A stretch of DNA of 21,848 bases, from assembly GCA_040752415.1 (NCBI GenBank), contig JBFMGU010000182.1, positions 1-21,848 of the forward strand, read 5' to 3'. Positions within the stretch are counted from its first letter, which is position 1. Every line of letters starts with the position of its first letter. The notes under the pieces were generated by a model. That model saw only the letters and a program-made list of their open reading frames with translations. It ran no database searches and was not told the origin of the DNA. A program made the position numbers and the translations under genes. The stretch is from Myxococcota bacterium. GTDB lineage: Bacteria > Myxococcota > JACRCW01. Positions 16,515-21,848 of this stretch are shown piece by piece.

Positions 16515-19204
16515 CAGGGCGGGGGTGGCGGCGGAGGCGGCGGGGGCGGCGGCGGACCACCCGCGCGTGCACCGCGCTTCTTGCGCTTGGGCTTCTCTTC
16601 CGCCGCGGGCGTTTCCTCACCCGGAGGCGGCGGCGCCTTGGGCTTCTCTTCGACGGCAGGCTCGGGCGGCGGAGGCGGCGCGTCCATGCTGAGCTGCGCC
16701 ATCTCGCCCTTCACCACGGTGACCTTCTCCTGCACCTTGGTCTTGGTGGCCGGGTGCACCAGCTTCATGCGGTAGCGACCAGGCTTCAGCGGCAGCGGGT
16801 CCACCGGCGTCTTGAACGGCATCTTCTTGCCGTTGATGTAGATGATGGACCCCGCCGGCGCGGTCACCGCCACGGCGCCCATGCCCTTGGGGAACTTGAA
16901 CGCGGGCGCTTCGGGCGGCGCGGGCGGGGGCGGCTCCACCGGCGGCGGATCCGGCTGGGCCGGCGGAGACGGAGGCGGCGGCTCCACCGGCGGCGGCACC
17001 GCGGCCACGGCTGCTCCCGAGGAACCACCCGCGGCGGGTGCCCCCGCGCTCGTCGGCGCAGCGGCGGAAGCGGGCGCAGGTCCACCGGAGGCAGCAGGCT
17101 GCTCGGGCGGCGGAGCCGGGGTTGGAGCGGGAGCGGGCGGCGCCGTATTGACCGCCACCTCGGGAGGCTTCTCCTCCTCGCCCTGCAACATCGCCTTGCC
17201 GGGGCCCAGCACAAAGAACCAGCCCGCGGCCGCCAACACGGCCAGACCACCCACCGCCGCGACGACCTTCCCCGCGCCGCGCCTGGGTGCATCCTCCACC
17301 GGCGCCAACGACGTGGAGCTTGCCGCGGGCACCAACGACGCCGCCGGCGCCACGGCACTGGCGGGAAGTCCGCGGGGAGGCTCCAAGGCCACGGGCGTCC
17401 CGGCCAACGCGGGAGGCGGCGCGGCCTCGGTGCCCTCGAACAGCAGGTCGCCGTCCAATGGCACGGGCTGGGCGGCGGGCGGAGGCGGCACGGAGACCGG
17501 CTCCCCCGCGAAGTTGGTGGGCGCGACGGGTGCCGCCGGCGCAGCGGGCAACGACGCGAGCGTGGTGGCGTGTCGAGCTGGCGGTGGCGGGAGGGCAATG
17601 CCGCCTTCCGCCATCCCCGCCGGGGCGGGACGCGGTGGCGCGGCCGGAAGCGCAATGGCGCCGTCGGGAGCGGGCCGGGCCACGGTTCCCGGGAGCGAGA
17701 TGGCCCCGTCGGGGGCAACCTCGGGCAGCACCACGGCGTCCTCGACCTGGGACCGCGGTGCCATCACGCCGCCGCCGGGGACGGTGACCTCCTCGGAGAA
17801 GTGCAGGCCATGGCCCAGGTGCAGCCCCACGGTCGAAGGGCCGGGCGCGGGAGGCGAGGAGGCCGCCGCCGACGCACCAAAGGCGCGGTCCAGGTCCGCC
17901 GCGGGGTCGCCGCCGCTGCCAAAAGGCTCCTGGGCGCGCGCCGCGTCCGCCAGCGCCGACAACGAGAGCTCCTCCGGCGCCACCACCGGCTGCTCCACCG
18001 CGTAGGACGGCTGCGGCGCGGGAGACGGCATGGGAGATGGCGTCAACGGCGCGGGCGCGCTCAGCGTCTCCGGCGCCACCGCGGTCATCAGCATGGTGCC
18101 GGTGCGCGCGCGGGGCGGGGGCGCGTACGTGCCGGGCATGGACGCCCCGTCGCCGCCGAGGTCTCCGAGCCCACCCAGCGTGAGCGAGGGAGCCGCGGGC
18201 GGGACTTCCTCCGCCGCCGCGCCGGGGACGCCCTCAAAGGCCTGGATGATGGGCTGGGTCCAGCTGGTGCGCAGCGGGTGCCCCTCCGGCATCAGCTTGC
18301 TGAGGAAACCGGCCAGGTCCTGCGGGCTGGCAGTGAGTCGCGCCAGGTCCAGGAAGCGCTGCAGCGTGGTGCCAAAAGCCGCGGCGCTCTGGAAGCGCTC
18401 CGTGGGGTTCTTGGCCATGCCCGTGGTCAGCATGTCACCGAGGGCGGGCGGGAGCATGGGCGCCAGCTGGCGCGCGTCGGGGACCGGGGCCTCCTGGACC
18501 AGGCGCAGCGTCTCCGCGGGGCTGCCGCCGCTGTAGGGCGGTCGGCCGGTGACCAGGCGGTAGAGGATGGCGGCCGCGCTGTACACGTCGCTGCGACGAT
18601 CCGCGCCCCCACCCCGCGCCAGCTCCGGCGAGACGAACCACACCCGGCTCTCACTGCCCTCCATGGCGCGCTGTTGGATGGAAGGCGCGGCCAGGCCCAG
18701 GTCCATGATTCGGACCTCACCGTCCCAGCTCAGCCACACGCTCTCCGGCGTCAGGTCGGTGTGCAGCATGGAGAGCGGCGCGCCGGCGCCGTCGGCCGCC
18801 TCGTGGATGGCGTGGAGGCCCTTGCAGATCTCCGCCACCACGTAGACCGCCAGCGGCCCGGGAATGGGCGTGGCGGTGATGGCCGCTTCCCGCAGGAGGA
18901 CGGCCAGCGTGATGCCGGGGAACGCGGCGTAGACACCGGCCACGCCGGCGCCGTCGCTGATGGTGTCCACCACCTGCACCACGTTGTGGTGACGCACCCA
19001 GGCCGCGCGCTGGAGCTCAGCGGCGGCGTGGGCGCTGCCCGGCGGGGCGCCGGCGTGCATGACCCGTCGGACCAGCACCGGCCGGTAGCCACCGCCGGGG
19101 TTTGGCAGCGAGCAGACCAGGGTCTCCCCCGGCGCCCCCGACGGAAGGGACGCCACCACGCGCATCGCGCCGAGATCAGCCACGACGGTCTCCCGCCCCG
19201 GCAC
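16514..19204 (-). CDS. Membrane Ser/Thr kinase-like protein (probable pseudokinase) with Pro/Ala-rich linker, TM helix, PEGA-like domain and terminal poly-Pro
   Basis: Kinase-fold motifs HHNVVQVVD, HTDLTPES, DLGLA, VSPE, DRRSDVYS and P.ERF; TM segment VVAAVGGLAVLAAAGWFFVLG; PEGA-like AGSIIYINGK...TPVDPLPLKPGRYRMKL. Start uncertain (GTG 19204). Confidence 0.85.
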   Translation of the reverse strand: MPGRETVVADLGAMRVVASLPSGAPGETLVCSLPNPGGGYRPVLVRRVMHAGAPPGSAHAAAELQRAAWVRHHNVVQVVDTISDGAGVAGVYAAFPGITLAVLLREAAITATPIPGPLAVYVVAEICKGLHAIHEAADGAGAPLSMLHTDLTPESVWLSWDGEVRIMDLGLAAPSIQQRAMEGSESRVWFVSPELARGGGADRRSDVYSAAAILYRLVTGRPPYSGGSPAETLRLVQEAPVPDARQLAPMLPPALGDMLTTGMAKNPTERFQSAAAFGTTLQRFLDLARLTASPQDLAGFLSKLMPEGHPLRTSWTQPIIQAFEGVPGAAAEEVPPAAPSLTLGGLGDLGGDGASMPGTYAPPPRARTGTMLMTAVAPETLSAPAPLTPSPMPSPAPQPSYAVEQPVVAPEELSLSALADAARAQEPFGSGGDPAADLDRAFGASAAASSPPAPGPSTVGLHLGHGLHFSEEVTVPGGGVMAPRSQVEDAVVLPEVAPDGAISLPGTVARPAPDGAIALPAAPPRPAPAGMAEGGIALPPPPARHATTLASLPAAPAAPVAPTNFAGEPVSVPPPPAAQPVPLDGDLLFEGTEAAPPPALAGTPVALEPPRGLPASAVAPAASLVPAASSTSLAPVEDAPRRGAGKVVAAVGGLAVLAAAGWFFVLGPGKAMLQGEEEKPPEVAVNTAPPAPAPTPAPPPEQPAASGGPAPASAAAPTSAGAPAAGGSSGAAVAAVPPPVEPPPPSPPAQPDPPPVEPPPPAPPEAPAFKFPKGMGAVAVTAPAGSIIYINGKKMPFKTPVDPLPLKPGRYRMKLVHPATKTKVQEKVTVVKGEMAQLSMDAPPPPPEPAVEEKPKAPPPPGEETPAAEEKPKRKKRGARAGGPPPPPPPPPPPPP

Positions 19205-19212
19205 CGAGAAGG

Positions 19213-19968
19213 TCAGCCGCTTGCAAGCTGCTCCATCTCTGCGGGGTCAATGTCGAAGTTGGCGTGAACCTTCTGGACGTCATCCGATTCCTCCAGACGC
19301 TCCATCAGCTTCAACATGGTAGCGGCGTCATGGCCAGTAATTTTCACCGTGCTCTGGGGAATCTGGGTGATGTCCGCGGTGACGGCCTTCAGCCCGGCCT
19401 TCTCGAACGCGTCCTTCAGCGGACCGTAGAGCGAGGGCTCCGCCTTGACGTCAATGGTGTCGCCCGAGTCCATGACGTCCTCCGCCCCGGCCTCCAGCGC
19501 CACCTCCATCACCTTGTCCTCGTTCACCCCGTTCTTCTTCTCAAAGGAGAAGAAGGCCTTCTTGCTGAACTGCCAGGCCACCGCGCCGCTGGCGGCCATG
19601 GAGCCGCCCGTCTTGGTGAACGTGGACCGGATTTCACTGGCGGTGCGGTTCCGGTTGTCCGTGGTCACCTCCACCAGCACGGCCACGCCGGAGGGGCCGT
19701 AGCCCTCGTAGACCAGCTCCTCCAGCGACTCGCCCGCCTCCTCCCCGGTGCCCTTGCGGATGGCCCGCTCGATGTTGTCCTTGGGCATGGAGTTGGCCTT
19801 GGCCTCATCAATGGCCTTGCGCAGTCGGAAGTTGCCGGTGGGGTCGGCGCCGCCCTGGCGCACGGCAACCGTGATCTCCCGGATCAGCTTGGTCCACAGG
19901 GCGCCCTTGGCGGCATCCGCCTTGCCCTTGGTGTGCTTGATCTTGCTCCATTTGTTGTGACCGGACAT
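19213..19968 (-). CDS. yebC: YebC/PmpR (TACO1) family protein
   Basis: MSGHNKWSKIKHTKG, SMPKDNIERAI, YEGYGPSGVAVLVEVTTDNRNRT and LEESDDVQKVHANF. Confidence 0.97.
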   Translation of the reverse strand: MSGHNKWSKIKHTKGKADAAKGALWTKLIREITVAVRQGGADPTGNFRLRKAIDEAKANSMPKDNIERAIRKGTGEEAGESLEELVYEGYGPSGVAVLVEVTTDNRNRTASEIRSTFTKTGGSMAASGAVAWQFSKKAFFSFEKKNGVNEDKVMEVALEAGAEDVMDSGDTIDVKAEPSLYGPLKDAFEKAGLKAVTADITQIPQSTVKITGHDAATMLKLMERLEESDDVQKVHANFDIDPAEMEQLASG

Positions 19969-20209
19969 GGGGCCATCTCTCTTCGATGTGGGGGATCCCG
20001 GCCCAGCGGACGGGCCGCGGAGCCCCGCGCGCTATCACGCCGGGCATACCGCCAGCAAATCCACCGGTCAGGCCCGCCAGGCCCGCGCCGGTGTGACACG
20101 GCCTGATCCAGGTGTTCAGGTTGACACGCTTTTTGCGGTGCCTGGGCCTTGCACGGCGCCTTTGCACGCTTACATAGGTGCAACCGGGGGGAAGACGGAA
20201 GGCAAGGCC

Positions 20210-20659
20210 ATGAAGGACCAAAGGAATTCGACCCCGCAGCGCCCGCAGTCGCCCACAGGCGCCGTGCAGCCAGCCAAGCGGGGGTTTGCCAGAAACCCGG
20301 AGCTGGCCCGGATTGCCGGCAGGAAGGGAGGCATGAGCGTCCCGCCCTCAGAGCGTAGCTTCTCCAAGAACCCGGAGTTGGCTCGCAGCGCAGGGCGCAA
20401 GGGCGGGATGAGCGTGGCCCCTTCCGAGAGGAGCTTCTCCAAGGACCCGGCGCTGGCCCGCGACGCAGGTCGCAAGGGCGGGCGAGCGGTCCCGGCCGAG
20501 GAGCGGAGCTTCTCCAAGAACCCCCAGCTGGCCCGTGAAGCGGGGCGCAAGGGCGGCAGCAGCAACGCCGGTCGACGCGCCGCGGCTTCCCAGGCCACGC
20601 AGGGCGAAGAGAAGACCACGGAGGACACCGGTACCGAGGAGGGTCGCGGCGCGGAATGA
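20210..20659 (+). CDS. KGG-repeat general stress protein (GsiB/YciG-like)
   Basis: Four F..[ND]P.LAR.AGRKGG repeats; hydrophilic sequence; ATG 20210 after a purine-rich stretch. Confidence 0.9.
   Translation: MKDQRNSTPQRPQSPTGAVQPAKRGFARNPELARIAGRKGGMSVPPSERSFSKNPELARSAGRKGGMSVAPSERSFSKDPALARDAGRKGGRAVPAEERSFSKNPQLAREAGRKGGSSNAGRRAAASQATQGEEKTTEDTGTEEGRGAE
20285..20557 (+). repeat. Coding tandem repeat, 75-bp (25-aa) period, ~4 copies
   Basis: Units start at 20285, 20360, 20435 and 20510. Confidence 0.9.
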
Positions 20660-20769
20660 CCACGCCCCCCTGATGCCGATGGACTCCACGGCCGAAAACA
20701 AGATGGCCGCGCCTGCAGCCAGGGCGCGGCCATCTGCTTTTTTCCCGAGCTGAAGCTGGAGCGTGGGCG

Positions 20770-21618
20770 TCAGGGAGACTGCACGCGGATCACGTAGACC
20801 AGGCGCGCCAGGTTCTTGAGCACGTTGGGCACCCGACGCACCAGGTGGATGGAGGGCTTGCGCTGCTCCTCCAGGCTCACCGGGATCTCGGTACACGCCA
20901 CGCCCTGCCGTTGCGCGCGGATGACGAACTCACTGGCAAACAGGTCGCGGTCCACCACGCAGGCGTCAATGGTGGGCAGGAGCGCGGTGCGGCGGTAGGC
21001 CTTGAGTCCGTGGGTGTCCGTGCCGCGGAAGCCCAACGTCACGCGCAGCATCCCGTTGATGACCCGGGTGGCCACCCGGCGCAGCGGCGGTCGACGATCA
21101 TCCGCGCCCGCCATGGCCTTGCTGCCCACCACCAGGTCCGCCTCCCCGCGGTCCAGGATGTCCAGCGCGCGGGCGTAGAAATCGGTGTCGCAGAGGTCGA
21201 TCTCGTCACACATGACGACGTTACCCGCCGCGGCGCGCATGCCCATCTTCAACGCGGCGCCGTAGTTGGGCGCCGGGCTCTCCAGCACGCGGACCTCGGG
21301 GTGGCGGGCCGCCAGCTCCTGGCCAATGGGGATGGTGCGGTCCCGGCAGCCGTTGGCGCACAAGAGCAGCTCAAAGGACCGCCCCAGCGCACGCACGCGC
21401 GGCAGGAGGTTCTCCACCGCGCTCTCCAGGATGGCCTCCTCGTTGTAGACGGGGATGACAATGGAGATGTCCGGAGGTTGGACCAGCGCGGTGGCGGCGG
21501 GTCCGCGCGCCTTGCGAGCTGACGCCCGGGGCGAAGCTGACGTCTTGCGGGCGGCCTTGCGACGTGGGGCCTTGGCCTTCTGGCGACCGTCAACATCCGT
21601 CACGCGCATTCTCCTCAT
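20770..21618 (-). CDS. Glycosyltransferase family 2 (polyprenol-phosphate glycosyltransferase-like)
   Basis: [38 protein letters not shown] and [10 protein letters not shown]. Start ambiguous: ATG 21618, ATG 21609 or GTG 21603 (AGGAG 7 nt upstream). Confidence 0.9.
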   Translation of the reverse strand: MRRMRVTDVDGRQKAKAPRRKAARKTSASPRASARKARGPAATALVQPPDISIVIPVYNEEAILESAVENLLPRVRALGRSFELLLCANGCRDRTIPIGQELAARHPEVRVLESPAPNYGAALKMGMRAAAGNVVMCDEIDLCDTDFYARALDILDRGEADLVVGSKAMAGADDRRPPLRRVATRVINGMLRVTLGFRGTDTHGLKAYRRTALLPTIDACVVDRDLFASEFVIRAQRQGVACTEIPVSLEEQRKPSIHLVRRVPNVLKNLARLVYVIRVQSP

Positions 21619-21848
21619 GCCCGGCGCCACGGCCGGGGTGCGTCAGGGGGTCGCGCAAGCTAGCAGAGACGCCGCGCCGCGCAACGGGGCGGGGACGAGG
21701 ACGTGACCGGAAGAGCGCCGGGGCCACAAAGGTTGGCGGCTTGTGACGGCGTGGTAGCGTCCGCCCTCCGCCGGAGATACTGCCCTTCCGAAAGCGTGTG
21801 ATGGTCCGCCGTGTCTGAACCCGCACCCCTCCCCCCACCCAACCCGTC

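Noticed and set aside
16754..19267. 837-aa and 387-aa plus-strand Arg/Gly-rich ORFs
   Set aside because: Antisense shadows of the Pro/Ala-rich kinase-like gene.
20121..20126. Perfect TTGACA -35 hexamer upstream of the KGG gene
   Set aside because: No credible -10 box at 16-18 bp spacing, and no convincing sigma54 motif either.
20285..20557. 75-bp repeats as a non-coding array
   Set aside because: Fully explained as in-frame KGG protein repeats of a known family.
21811..21848. Possible gene start (GTG TCT GAA CCC...) running off the window
   Set aside because: Too short to support, with no clear RBS.

Overview
High-GC bacterial DNA; the gene content (Ser/Cys-rich lipoprotein, PEGA-bearing Ser/Thr kinase-like protein, HYR protein) suggests Myxococcota, which is an inference. 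Left part: a nested pair of palindromic MITE/REPIN-like elements (64-587), a BON+SRPBCC gene, yciO, a TPR gene and PBP1A (mrcA). Right part: GT2 glycosyltransferase, KGG stress protein and a minus-strand yebC - pseudokinase - ruvC operon with no ruvAB after it. Between mrcA and ruvC lies an accessory region of about 9.5 kb. An ~8 kb block bounded by imperfect ~115-bp direct repeats carries a 1886-aa putative lipoprotein whose C-terminus resembles the pore/TcB-binding part of Tc toxin A subunits (no TcB/TcC in the window) and a convergent secreted HYR protein. A frameshifted gene and a decayed vapC-type toxin-antitoxin pair follow. Best leads: the lipid-anchored orphan TcA-like protein, a 13-proline run ending in a TGATG stop/start overlap with ruvC downstream of yebC, and the element inserted into a copy of itself. 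Family calls come from motif recognition by eye; no searches were run.
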